A DNA stretch of 52,204 nucleotides, filler included, from Malassezia furfur (Eukaryota): the NCBI GenBank assembly GCA_052055015.1. It is 2 parts of 2 records of this genome, joined end to end, with 100 filler letters (N's around TTAATTAATTAA, not from the genome) between each part and the next. Parts side by side here need not be neighbours in the genome. Positions count along the whole stretch, not along the records: positions 1 to 26,226 come from JBQJIT010000130.1; 1 more part is not named here. One strand, written 5' to 3'. Below are positions 11,758-22,260 of the stretch, piece by piece (within the stretch, counting starts at the first letter, position 1; each line of letters opens with the position of its first letter). The translations under genes were made by a program, and so were the position numbers. Under the pieces are notes generated by a model. It searched no databases. It was not told where the DNA came from and was given only the letters and a program-made list of their open reading frames with translations.

Positions 11758-12469
11758 TTAAAGAGTAAAGTCGTGGAGCTGGATTAGCGGTGTACTAAGC
11801 ACATACCGAAGGCGCAATGACTTGGAGCCATTCGTTGCATGTCCGGACGTAGGCGTCGTCACCCGCATCGATGGGACCGTCCGGGCCCCAGACCCACAAC
11901 GACGTCCCTGCATCTGCTACGGGGCGCAAAGAGTGTCTGGTTGGGGCTAGTTGGGTGGACAACCGAGAATTGCCTTCGTAGCCATCGTCTTCCGATGGAG
12001 GGCCCGGGACTTCATTGAATGGCATTCCCACATTGTCAGTCTCGTCATCGTCGTCCTCGTCATCATCAAGAGCAAATCGCGATCCTCGGACAGGTGCAGC
12101 GGGCTCAACACGTCGCGTCGTCTTGGCCTGTGTCCGCCGCTTGGAAGGGGCAATTTTTTGCTCAGTTTCATCAGCAATGGTCTCCTCTTGTACGCAAAAA
12201 AATCCCAGTCTGTACGATTCTGGTAGCGCTAGTCGTGTTCCATAGACTCGTCGTCCACGGAAAGCAGACACGGCTTCCTTCGACAGACCATCGCCAGATT
12301 CAGGCTCGATGGGCTGGAATAAGAAGAAAGTATCCACAGGTGCTGGGCCAGTGTAATCAATCGAGAATGGCATAACATGAGCAATAACAGATTCTGTGGA
12401 CGCATAGGCTGTTTCCGAGCTCTTTAGGCGCAGTGCGAGCGGCAAAAACGTCTCGGCATCCATTGCCAT
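11758..12469 (-). CDS. RNH203: Ribonuclease H2 subunit C
   Basis: Motifs HVMPFSIDYTGPAPV, SAFRGR, VWGPD, EWL. A terminal 28-nt intron at 11779-11806 gives ...APS/LHDFTL*. Start is 12469 or 12463. Confidence 0.8.
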
Positions 12470-12538
12470 TCGCGAGTGACCCCAAGTGGAGAAGGTAAAC
12501 GGCACAATTTTGAACAAATTTATGATAAGAATCCGTCC

Positions 12539-13355
12539 CTACATAGTGCCTCGCTGCATGTCCGCATCCGTCAAAGGCACATACTAGGTTAAAGTATCCA
12601 CGTACCATCACGCCAAATAGCTTACTTCGTTTCACTTCACCTTGCTCAGACTTGTCGATTTGGAGAAGATCCCTTGGTATTAGCAAAACAGGCACAGAAT
12701 ACGCACTGGATTCCCGTAGTAGGATTGTCCACTGGGACAATCAGTCTACCGGGACTTTTCAATTGCTGCACCAGGGATTCCGGCACAGTAGGAGCTGCTG
12801 CTCCTACATGAATTGCGTCGTAGGGTCCCATGGGTGCATAGCCTGTGGTGAGCTGTATCACCTACCATCGCGTCCGTCGCCCGTCACCACCGTGATGCGT
12901 TTCGAAGCCATTTCTGCTTGCAGTCCGTCCTTCTCCATGTTGGAAATACTCAAGTCGGCCAGCTCTTTGAGATGCTCCACTCCAACAATGTGTCCTTGTT
13001 CACCCTGACCTTGGGTGTTCGTAAGGTGGTGGAAGACCGAGAGCATGTAGCCAGACCCCGAGCCCACGTCTAAAGCCGAGCTACCGGGCTGCAGGTAAGG
13101 GAGCAGCAATTCAGCAACATGCGCATGCATATGAGGTGCAGAGATGGTCGCATTATATCCGATCGACTGCGGTGAATCCTCATACGCTCTTGAACGGAAT
13201 CTCGGTAAAACATAGTTGGCGCGATCAACGCGCAGCATGGCCTAGGTAAGAGAGCGCACACTTACTTCTGCGACACGCGTCGAATGTATGAGACCTGCAC
13301 TCTGCATATTTGCGATGAGCTCCGCATTCGTCTTCCCTGTACAAAGCCACGCCAT
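12539..13355 (-). CDS. PCMT1: Protein-L-isoaspartate O-methyltransferase (PIMT)
   Basis: Motifs [43 protein letters not shown]. Four in-frame introns: 13242-13265, 12843-12865, 12673-12706, 12584-12605. Confidence 0.93.
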
Positions 13356-13409
13356 GGTGGGAAAAGGCAAGGTGCGCACGGGCCAATCTGAGGTCATGGG
13401 GATTACAAG

Positions 13410-14863
13410 CTACAATTCGTCGCGCGCCGGCATGGGCGTCTGTGTCTGTTTCGAAGCCGAGGAGGTTTCCGATGCTGATGAAGATGGAGCAATTCCCTGA
13501 ATATGCTTCAGGAAAGACTGTACATTGATTTGAACCTCGTCACCAACCAGATCGGTGGCTTGCTCTAGGGCGGTAGACTGCGAGGTGGTCGGTGGATCGG
13601 ACGCGGCCTCCGCTTCCTTCTGGTAGTAGGGAGACTCTTTTTTCACACGATTGAGGATCTCATAAAGACCATCGACATCCTGGTCGTCAAATTCCTCGCC
13701 AAACAAGTCGACCGTGTAGGCCTGTTCCGTCGCACCATCGGGAAAGACGTCAAAGTCGAGCGATTCGTCATCGGCAGCATGCTCGCCCGTCATGTTGCCA
13801 TGGACATAGTCTTTCACCATTCCAAACTCCTTTAAATACGCAATCCGCTCCTCAGGCTCGTCGGGCGTGACCAGCCGGCACTGGATTGGATGCACCGGTG
13901 TCTCGGACGGACGAGCAAATGCAGTAATGTTGCAAAGCGCGGGCGTGTGGACGTTGATGATACTGGGTAAGATGCACAACATACTAGTCGCAGGTCTGCA
14001 ACTCGTTGATCGACTCGATTTTATCCTTCTTGTCTGAGGGGCAGAAATACTGTGTAAGCTTGGAGACGTACGCGAACGAGCGTAGTACGTGGGAGTCCAT
14101 TAAGGTCACAAATGGTACCATCAGTCCACTTTTGCTCCAGGAACAAATTCTGGTCCGAGTAAAGTGTTTGTTCCTCGCTCTTGACATTCGAAGAGCCAAC
14201 GGGTCGAAGGCTCGAGGGGCTTGCCGATTTGTCGGCGGGGGCATCCTGCTCCGGCATATGCCCGAGGTGCTCAGACCACTTCCCCATGATGTACACGTTG
14301 TTTTCGGGGTCTTCGGGGCCCAACATAGCTAGTCTTTTCATGAGCGATGCTTCCATCAGCCGGGTCGCCGGGACCTGCCGCAGCTCGTGGTCGTAGCAGA
14401 AGCGGTACCCAAAGTAGCCGTTTATATATTCAATGCATAGGCCGCGCTGCTGCTGGAGCAAGTACAGAGCATGTCCCAAAATTTCGTTCCGCTCATGCGG
14501 CGTCAGAGGTAGCCGCTGCTGTTTCTGTGCAGTGTTTTCTGTAATGTGCGCGGGAGGGTAGCGGCACAAATAACATTCTCTTGGTGTGATGCGGTACAGT
14601 TCGTACTCTGCTGCATCCCCCCAAGTGAGGGTCATATTCTTAAAGGCGCCTTCCGGCTTGACCACCTCTGCTTGTTCGTCAAATTCGCCGCGAAGAAGCC
14701 GAAGCGAGTCAGACCGCGTGATGGTCCGGTTCTTTTCGAAGAGCACATCGTAGGTGGTTGACTGCAAGATATCGCGCGCAAAGTTTAAGCTATCCATTGC
14801 GCTGGCCAGGTGCACTAACGCTGGCGCAAGCAGCAGCGTCACCCAAAGTCTGGACGCTGGCAT
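13410..14863 (-). CDS. YOS9: ER lectin Yos9/OS-9 (MRH domain)
   Basis: Signal peptide, YRFCY, WTDGTICDLNGLPR, spliced TCDYIINVHTPALC (22-nt introns at 14050-14071 and 13963-13984) and a C-terminal RDEL retention signal. Confidence 0.88.
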
Positions 14864-14979
14864 CGTGCGCCGGTTGGATGTGGAGGTGGGTCGGTGCGTA
14901 GGGTCCCCCCACTCGTAAGCCTAGGCACGTCGGTCGGTCGAGAGAAGTTCATGGTAGCATACTCTATTCGACATGAATA

Positions 14980-15814
14980 TTAACGATTATCCGTACCACC
15001 AAACCCTGCGCTTGTATGCGTGCCTGATCCCGATGGCGTTGGCATAGGCTGCGTGCTTCCATAGTAAGGGTCGTACGGCCCATATGGCGGCATCGTGCCA
15101 TAATTCCGGTTGGAGTCCACCAGCCTAGATTGCCGCCCGGGTCCGAACAGAAGGGCCGCCAATGCGCCGAGGCCGAGGCCGGTCCAGAAGCCTGGGCGGC
15201 CCGACACGGTCTTGCCAGAACCAGGGTACGGCGGTGGCGCTGGGCCATTGGGGTCTGACCCTCCCGCATGGGCAGGATCCAAGCGGGGCCCGAAGATGGA
15301 GTACAGGCAGCAGAGCAGAATGTACACGAAGAAGCTCCAGAAGATGATGAGGAAGAAGGTGGATGCCCACCCTCCCTGCTCACTCGCATCTGCGCGAATC
15401 AATTCGTATTTGAGCCCGCACGATCCACGGAGCACATATTCATCGTCAGCGCTCTTCCAGCCTTCGCATGAGACGCGCACAGCGCCAAAGCTCAGTCCAT
15501 GTGGCAACTCGGCTTCACACTGCGTCAGCACTGTCACCTACCCTCCATTGACGATCGCCACGACTGACGCACTGCACCACGTTCGGTTGGAATTGAGCAC
15601 ATGGCTTTCCGATGCATTGCAGCTGAGGAATGGGGTCAGTGCGCCGCGCCGTCGTTTCCTTGTTGCGGTAGAAGGTCAATGCTTTGATCTCGTCGAAGCG
15701 GACTTTTGTGAGGTCTCGCTTCGACGCAGGAACCCATCCTGCAAATGCTACGCATGGAAGGTAAGCTAAGCATGCGACAAGGAACAGCCAGCGAAACCAC
15801 ACCTGGGTCTGCAT
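14980..15814 (-). CDS. SARAF: SARAF/TMEM66 family membrane protein
   Basis: Signal peptide, TTARRTDPIPQLQC, VSCEGW...YVLRGSCGL, one TM, PGFWTGLG and a FGGT..R C-terminus. One 22-nt intron at 15520-15541. Confidence 0.88.
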
Positions 15815-15900
15815 GCTGGTGGATGCGGAGCGGATCGACGCCACCTCCACAGCGCCCTGGCTCCACCTCCTGCACCCTTGCCACCCGACCTTCCACAACC

Positions 15901-16129
15901 ATGAGCGGGCAGAACGCGGGAAACAAGAGTTTCAACCCTCTCGACTTCATTGCACAGCAGTCGAAGAACTTGAAGGCGTAGGTGTACATGCTTACGCAGA
16001 AAATATGAGCACAATATGGAGAACTACGAGCGCAACACGGGCCACAAGAACCCGCTTGCCTCGGATGGCTCCAGCAAGGACAGCCAGATGCACATCCAGC
16101 AGGGTTCTTGGGGTAACAGCAGCAAGTAG
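15901..16129 (+). CDS. Hypothetical 68-aa hydrophilic microprotein (spliced)
   Basis: ACCATG context and a canonical 22-nt intron at 15978-15999 (GTAGGT...CTTACGCAG) that removes an in-frame TAG. Product MSGQNAGNKSFNPLDFIAQQSKNLKAKYEHNMENYERNTGHKNPLASDGSSKDSQMHIQQGSWGNSSK. Confidence 0.65.
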
Positions 16130-16391
16130 GCTGCATTACGACGCCGCTGCACACCGTTCTAGGCCGTGACTCGTTTCGAAGTCACTGGCGAAATAGCTTT
16201 AGAACCGACTTTGCATGTATAAACTGTGCGCTGTGCTATGTGCTGTACCTGTCACCACGCGACTATGCATACAGGATGCCTGTCGTGTACGCTGCTGCAC
16301 CGCAAGGCCGCTACGTCGGGTCGACACCCCGTGCCGCACGGACGATCACCGCCACGTGGTCGGCGTCTGTGCGTCGCTTTCTTGCCACCGT

Positions 16392-16935
16392 ATGCGCTGG
16401 GTGCGACCAAGTGTGCCCCTGTCCCGTCTCGCCCTACGCGTTCCCTCCGTGTAGGTCGACGCATGCTCACTCAGTCGATTTACGCATTCCAACGCTATGT
16501 CGCGCACTGAAAAAGAGTGGCGCGCCGTCCTTTCGCCCGAGCAGGTAGGTCGTGTGACTGACGCAGTTTCGTGTACTGCGTGAGAAAGGCACGGAGCGTG
16601 CCGGTACGGGCAAGTTCAACAAGCACAGTGAACCCGGTGTGTACACGTGTGCAGGTTGCGATGCGCCGCTGTACAAGAGTGCGACCAAGTTCGACAGTGG
16701 GTGTGGCTGGCCGGCGTTCTTTGACGCGATCCCGGGTGCGATCGACCGGCACGACGACTACTCGTTTGGCATGGTGCGTTGGGGTTGACTCATGCAGAAA
16801 CGTACCGAGATTACGTGCCACAACTGCGGGGGGCACCTTGGCCATGTCTTTTACGGCGAAGGGTTCCCCACGCCCACCGACGAGCGCCACTGCGTGAATT
16901 CCGTGTCGCTGGCGTTCCACGACGAGAAGCTGTAA
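16392..16935 (+). CDS. MXR2: Methionine-R-sulfoxide reductase MsrB
   Basis: Motifs [53 protein letters not shown]. Introns at 16451-16474, 16545-16566, 16774-16797. A second in-frame ATG sits at 16497. Confidence 0.92.
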
Positions 16936-16962
16936 GCAGGGGTATACACTAGAGTACAATGG

Positions 16963-17442
16963 CTATTCGGTCGCATGGTCTCGCTCCGGCGTGTCGGTCG
17001 AGTGGGCGGTTCGCGACTCGCTCGCTTGCAGCATCTGGACGAGCTGTTCCCGTACCTGGTGGGCGACGCGACCACGAGGCCCCAGCAAGCCCTCGCCGTC
17101 GCTGACACCGGCCGCCTCGGATGTTGCTTGTGGTGTAGCCAGTTTTTCGACTAGGTCGGGAAAGAGCGGATTTTGGTCCAGCTCGCGCAGTAGGTCACTG
17201 TGCCGCAGGCGTGCATCGCGAAAAACGTAGTGGTCGGGCCGCTTCTTTAGAGCGTCCATCATGGCGGTGTCGGCTTGTTCGACAAACGCCGCGTGGTGCG
17301 CACTTTGCTGGAACTCGTGTAGGATCTGCTTGCGGATCAGATCAAAGTGTCCCTGGCGCTTGAACTCTTCGACGAGCGCCTCTGGTGTCCACTGCATCGA
17401 CGGCGCAGCCTGCTTGTCTTGCGCTGCGGGAGACTCGGACAT
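16963..17442 (-). CDS. SHG1: BOD1/Shg1 (COMPASS-associated) domain protein
   Basis: LVEEFKRQGHFDLIRKQIL matches the Shg1/BOD1 N-terminal signature. Confidence 0.7.
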   Translation of the reverse strand: MSESPAAQDKQAAPSMQWTPEALVEEFKRQGHFDLIRKQILHEFQQSAHHAAFVEQADTAMMDALKKRPDHYVFRDARLRHSDLLRELDQNPLFPDLVEKLATPQATSEAAGVSDGEGLLGPRGRVAHQVREQLVQMLQASESRTAHSTDTPERDHATE

Positions 17443-17669
17443 GTCTGGAGTCAGTGTGCTCGACAGGACGCCGGGCGCAAGTCAGAAACCGATGAATCCA
17501 CAATAGCGTGCACCACGACCGCATCTGACACTTTGTACACTGTGTCGCGGCAGGCTTTCGCCAGGATGCACGCCTTCGGTCCGCCCATCGGAGATGTTTC
17601 ATCCTCGTGGCCCACGGCAGCGACGTACTCTCTGGGTGTTAGTCTGTCCACACGCGGAAGAGGGGGGAA

Positions 17670-17766
17670 AGATCAGACAAGGCTGAAACTGATAACAAAG
17701 ACGTATTCTCCATCTTTACATGCAGAGTAATTCTAGAGCTTTGGTACAATGTGGTTCATCATACAG
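17670..17766 (-). ncRNA. Box C/D snoRNA with two 18S rRNA guides (snR41-like D guide; SNORD45-like D' guide), intronic
   Basis: C box ATGATGA at 17762-17756 and D box CTGA at 17676-17673. The 13-nt guide at 17678-17690 is antisense to 18S CAAGGCUGAAACU, and the 14-nt guide at 17727-17740 is antisense to 18S GUAAUUCUAGAGCU, followed by a degenerate D' (CTGC). Flanked by a GTAAGG donor (17792) and an ACTAAC...CAG acceptor (17632). Confidence 0.85.
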
Positions 17767-17902
17767 CGGGGATTGGGGGGGCGACACCTTACCTTCTTCA
17801 CAGCGACATGACGGCACAGAGGAAAACCCGGCCGCGGCCGCAGGCGCACGTGACACCGGTGTGGTCTGGGCGGCACGCCCGCACGGCGAGGGTGTCCGTA
17901 CC

Positions 17903-19351
17903 ATGTCCTCGTTTGAAAGTTGGCAGTCTCCGCTCTCGAGCCGCTATGCGAGCAAAGAGATGTCGTCGCTCTTCTCGAATGCGACGCGTTTCGGCACGTG
18001 GCGCGAGCTGTGGCTGAACCTTGCGATCGCCGAGAAGGAGCTGGGTTTGCCCATTCCGCAGGAGGCCATCGACCAGATGAAGGTGCACCTCACGCTCGAC
18101 GAGGAGCAGATGAAGCTCGCAGCCGAGGAGGAGAAGCGCCGTCGCCACGACGTCATGGCTCACGTCCACGTCTTTGGCCAGGTCGCCCCCGCGGCGGCGC
18201 CGTTCATCCACCTCGGTGCGACGTCGTGCTATGTCACCGACAACGCGGACCTGATCTTTTTGCGCCGCGGTCTGGACCTGCTTCTGCCGAAGCTGGCACT
18301 GGTGATCCAGCGTCTGGCATCGTTTGCGGACAAGTACCGCGACCTGCCCACGCTTGGTTTCACGCACATGCAGCCCGCGCAGCTGACGACGGTCGGCAAG
18401 CGTGCGACGCTGTGGATCCAAGACTTTTTGTGGGACCTGCGCAACCTGAAGCGTGCGCGCGACGATCTCGGCTTCCGTGGCGTGAAGGGTACGACCGGCA
18501 CGCAGGCGAGCTTCCTGCAGCTCTTTGACGGCGACCACGACAAGGTGGAGCAGCTCGACGAGCGCGTCACGGCGCTGTTCGACTTCCCCTACGCGCTGCC
18601 GGTCACCGGGCAGACGTACCCCCGCAAGATCGACATTGACGTGCTGTCCACGCTGGCGTCCTTCTCGGCGTCTGCGCTGAAGATGGCGACCGACATCCGC
18701 CTGCTGTGCCACCTCAAGGAGGTGGAGGAGCCGTTTGAGAAGGACCAGATCGGCTCGAGTGCGATGGCGTACAAGCGCAACCCGATGCGCAGCGAGCGCG
18801 TGTGTGGCCTGGCGCGCTGGCTCGGCAACACGTTGAACAACGCGCGCGAGACGCACGGCGGACAGTGGATGGAGCGCACGCTGGACGACAGTGCGAACCG
18901 CCGCCTGTCGATCCCCGAGTCGTTCCTGACCGCCGACGTGATCTTGACGCTGCTGCAGAACATCACCGAGGGTCTCGTGGTGTACCCCGCGATCATCAAG
19001 CGGCACATCGACGCCGAGCTGCCGTTCATGGCCACCGAGAACGTGATTATGGCTATGGTGCGTGCGGGCGGCGACCGGCAAGAGTGCCACGAGCACATCC
19101 GTGTGCTGTCGCACCAGGCGGCGCGCGTCGTCAAGGAAGAGGGCGGCGAGAATGACCTGATCGAGCGCATCCGCAACGAGCCCTACTTCGCGCCGATCGT
19201 CTCGCGCCTCGACGCGCTGCTCGACCCCAAGAGCTTCACGGGCCGTGCGCCCGAGCAGGTCGACAGCTTCCTGAAGAAGTGGGTGCAGCCTGCGCTCCAG
19301 CCGTACGAGGCGCAGCTCCAAAGCGCCACCAAGGCCGAGCTCTCGGTGTAG
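17903..19351 (+). CDS. ADE13: Adenylosuccinate lyase
   Basis: Motifs [26 protein letters not shown] and the fumarate-lyase signature [11 protein letters not shown]. Intronless. Confidence 0.97.
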   Translation: MSSFESWQSPLSSRYASKEMSSLFSNATRFGTWRELWLNLAIAEKELGLPIPQEAIDQMKVHLTLDEEQMKLAAEEEKRRRHDVMAHVHVFGQVAPAAAPFIHLGATSCYVTDNADLIFLRRGLDLLLPKLALVIQRLASFADKYRDLPTLGFTHMQPAQLTTVGKRATLWIQDFLWDLRNLKRARDDLGFRGVKGTTGTQASFLQLFDGDHDKVEQLDERVTALFDFPYALPVTGQTYPRKIDIDVLSTLASFSASALKMATDIRLLCHLKEVEEPFEKDQIGSSAMAYKRNPMRSERVCGLARWLGNTLNNARETHGGQWMERTLDDSANRRLSIPESFLTADVILTLLQNITEGLVVYPAIIKRHIDAELPFMATENVIMAMVRAGGDRQECHEHIRVLSHQAARVVKEEGGENDLIERIRNEPYFAPIVSRLDALLDPKSFTGRAPEQVDSFLKKWVQPALQPYEAQLQSATKAELSV

Positions 19352-19352
19352 G

Positions 19353-21146
19353 TCAGTAGTACAACGTCGATCGCGCCGCAATCAGCGGCGCACCCGCCTG
19401 CCGCCGCACCACACGCAGCCACGCATCCGTCCATCGCCGCATGCGCGCACGAGCCGCTTCGCTCCCGACGTTCACCGTGGGGATGGTGCGCTGGTGCGGC
19501 AGCGCCGTCATGAACGCCGTCAGCTCGTAGAAGCTCGAGTGCTCCGAGTACGGCACGCTGTACACCTGGGTATCGGCGGTGCTGTCGCGCGTCGGTGTCA
19601 GCGCCGTGCAATCGAACCGCGGGGGCACAAGCTTGGGCACCTGCGCCGCGAGCGGCGCATCGGGCACCACGCCCCGGTCGCCGCCGCGGAACGACCAGCC
19701 CGTCGGCCGGAAGGCGAGCGTGTGCGTGATGGGCATGCCGCGCGCACGCAGCGTCTCGGCCCACGTCCGCAGCGCGTCGGGCGACAGCGCAAACAAGTTG
19801 GTGACGTGCACGCGCGCCTCGGTCGGGTCGCGCGTGAGCCGCGCAGTCAGCTCGGCGTCCTCGAGCTGCGCGTACACGTCATACTTGCGCGCGTCCACGC
19901 AGTAGATCGACGTCTGCAGCGCACGCGCGAGCGCCAGGACCAGCTTCTCCTTGCCGATCGAATAGGTGCCTACGACAACCAGCACATCGGCGGGCGCCCC
20001 CGCCTGCGCACGGCTCGCGTTCCACGAGAGCGTCGCCTGCTGCTTGCGTGGCTTGTGCCCTTGTACGGTGGTCTTTACCAACTCGACGCACGCGTCAATC
20101 ACCTCGGGCTGTGCGGGGAAGCAATAGCGGGGGTTGAGGTAGGTCGTATCGAGGTACACCAGGTCGACGCCCTGCTGCAGCGCAGGATGCGCCAGCTGCT
20201 GCGGGCATGCGCGAAAGTCCCCGCAGTGCAGGTAGCGGTACGTGCGCATCGGTGCGGCGGGACGCGTCGTCTGCCGGCCCTCGAACAGCAGGATGCACGC
20301 GCCGGGGCAGTGGTTGGCGTCGATGAGGGTGACGTGCACCTCGGTGCCGGGCAGGCGCACAGGCGTGTCCATGGGCAGCGCATGCACGTATTGCGCGTCG
20401 ACACCGAGCTTGGTGCACACGAGTCGCGCGGTCGGCGACGAGCAGTAAATGGGTCCGTGCGTCCATTTGCGGGAAAGGCCGCCGTAGTGGTCCGAGTGGA
20501 AGTGGGTGAGGACGTACGCCACGCATCCATCGATCGCGCCGTACGAAAACGCATCGACGGCGATCGGCATCCCTTCGAGCACTTTGTAAAACGGCGCACG
20601 GCGCATGCGGCCTTTGGTGTCGTACGCCTTGGGCGGTGCGTCGTCCGTCTTTCGCGCGCCCAACAAACGAGCTAGGAAGGACGGGGGGGTATCGTGAGAT
20701 GGTTTGGTGGGAGAGGATGCCTCGGTGGGTGGGCCGCTCGCGAGGGTGTCTGGTTCGTCGTCGTCTGCGCATGGATCAACGCAGGCGTCGGCATCGACAT
20801 CGGCATCGGCATCGGCGTCGAGCGCATTGCCTTCCTCGGATTTGCACGAGGGGATCTCTGACTTGAACGAAGTGCATACCGCCTCGGCGTCGCGCGCCTC
20901 TACAGCCTCGTCGCCGGCCGGATCGCCGCACCCACTGGCGTGCCGCTGAATCTCTTCCGAGGAGAACGACTGTGCACACAGCGGGCACACGACCTGCTCC
21001 TGCGCCGCGGCACGGCTCGCATGCAGCGCCTCCTGCAGCTCGATGTCCGTATCAGGCTCCGCGCGCCGTTTCGGGCTGCGCCCGGTGCCGCCGCCCAAGA
21101 ACGCGGCGAGCGACGGCTGGCTCAGCGCGCGTTTGGGTGGCGGCAT
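19353..21146 (-). CDS. PSO2: DNA cross-link repair nuclease Snm1/Pso2 (MBL-beta-CASP) with N-terminal UIM/UBZ-like motifs
   Basis: Motifs LTHFHSDHYGGL, DANHCPG, LHCGDFR, YLDTTY, GTYSIGKE, VPYSEHSS and CPLC...H...C. Confidence 0.93.
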   Translation of the reverse strand: MPPPKRALSQPSLAAFLGGGTGRSPKRRAEPDTDIELQEALHASRAAAQEQVVCPLCAQSFSSEEIQRHASGCGDPAGDEAVEARDAEAVCTSFKSEIPSCKSEEGNALDADADADVDADACVDPCADDDEPDTLASGPPTEASSPTKPSHDTPPSFLARLLGARKTDDAPPKAYDTKGRMRRAPFYKVLEGMPIAVDAFSYGAIDGCVAYVLTHFHSDHYGGLSRKWTHGPIYCSSPTARLVCTKLGVDAQYVHALPMDTPVRLPGTEVHVTLIDANHCPGACILLFEGRQTTRPAAPMRTYRYLHCGDFRACPQQLAHPALQQGVDLVYLDTTYLNPRYCFPAQPEVIDACVELVKTTVQGHKPRKQQATLSWNASRAQAGAPADVLVVVGTYSIGKEKLVLALARALQTSIYCVDARKYDVYAQLEDAELTARLTRDPTEARVHVTNLFALSPDALRTWAETLRARGMPITHTLAFRPTGWSFRGGDRGVVPDAPLAAQVPKLVPPRFDCTALTPTRDSTADTQVYSVPYSEHSSFYELTAFMTALPHQRTIPTVNVGSEAARARMRRWTDAWLRVVRRQAGAPLIAARSTLYY

Positions 21147-21202
21147 ACGCACACCTCCACCTCCTCCACTCCCCACGGTGCGGAGGCGCCTTGCGGCCGC
21201 GG

Positions 21203-22260
21203 ATGGCCGCCAACTACTGGTACTCGACGCAATGGTAGGTCGCGGCGCTCACGCAGCAATACCTGGCTGCTGGACCGTGCCGTACTCGATGCGGTCCTTG
21301 AGGAAGACGCCAAGTTTGCGAGCACACAGGAGATTGCGGCGGTGTCGACGTGGTGCATCCACAGTACGTGCGCCTGGGGCTGATGCAGCGATCGCAATGC
21401 TCTGCAAACGCCTGAACCTGCGCCAGCGCGTGGTGGCAACGGCCAGCGTATACTTCCAGCGGTTCTACAGCAAGAATACGCTCGCAAGCACGGATCCCTT
21501 CTTGCTGCTCACCGCGTGCGTCTACCTTGCGGCCAAGGTCGAGGAGGCCGCCGTACGCATCCGCACACTGTGCGGCGAGGCCTCCAAAATGTTTGCAGAA
21601 ATGGGCTACCATGAGCTGCCGAACTCGATCTCGCTCGTGGCCGAGATGGAGTTCTACCTGCTCGAGGAGCTCGAGTTTGATCTGATTGTCTTCCAGCCGT
21701 ACGATACCCTGCAGCGCCTGTGCGACGCCTGCACCCCACTCATCGCGCCCGATCGGCCGACGCAGGCACCGATGCCGCGCAGCACGTCACCCTCGACACC
21801 GATGTCGATGCCCGAGGAACCACAGGGCGCGCGCGGCCCGCAACTACTCCAAATGGCCTGGTTCCTCGCCAACGACCTGTACAAAACGCGGCTGCCGCTC
21901 GAGCACCCGCCGTACGTGCTGGCGGTCGCGTGTCTCTACCTCGCACTCGTACTGCTTCCCACAAGCGCCGAGCACATCCAGCTGACGCTTGCGCGCGATG
22001 TGCCGCAGCGCCCGCCGCCGGTGCTCGTCGAGTTCCTGAGCGGGCTGAATGTGTCGCTGCCGCTCGTCGCGAGCGTCGTGCAGGACATGCTCACCTACTA
22101 TGAGCTATGGCACAGGCTGCTCAAGCCGGGCCCGGACGGTACACCGAGCCTGCTAAAGGACCCCGCGGGGATCTTTGCGCGCGTCCAGCGCATGCATGCC
22201 CTGTACCGTGCGTCGCTGCTGCATCATGCGCCGGTGCGGCCTGCAGCGTACACCTCCTGA
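21203..22260 (+). CDS. SSN8: Cyclin C (Mediator kinase module)
   Basis: Motifs MAANYWYSTQ, RQRVVATASVYFQRFY, YLAAKVEE, EFYLLEEL. Introns at 21235-21256 (22 nt) and 21364-21388 (25 nt). Confidence 0.93.

Noticed and set aside
20784..20820. (GCATCG)n repeat
   Set aside because: Short coding microsatellite (DADADA) in the disordered N-terminus of Pso2.
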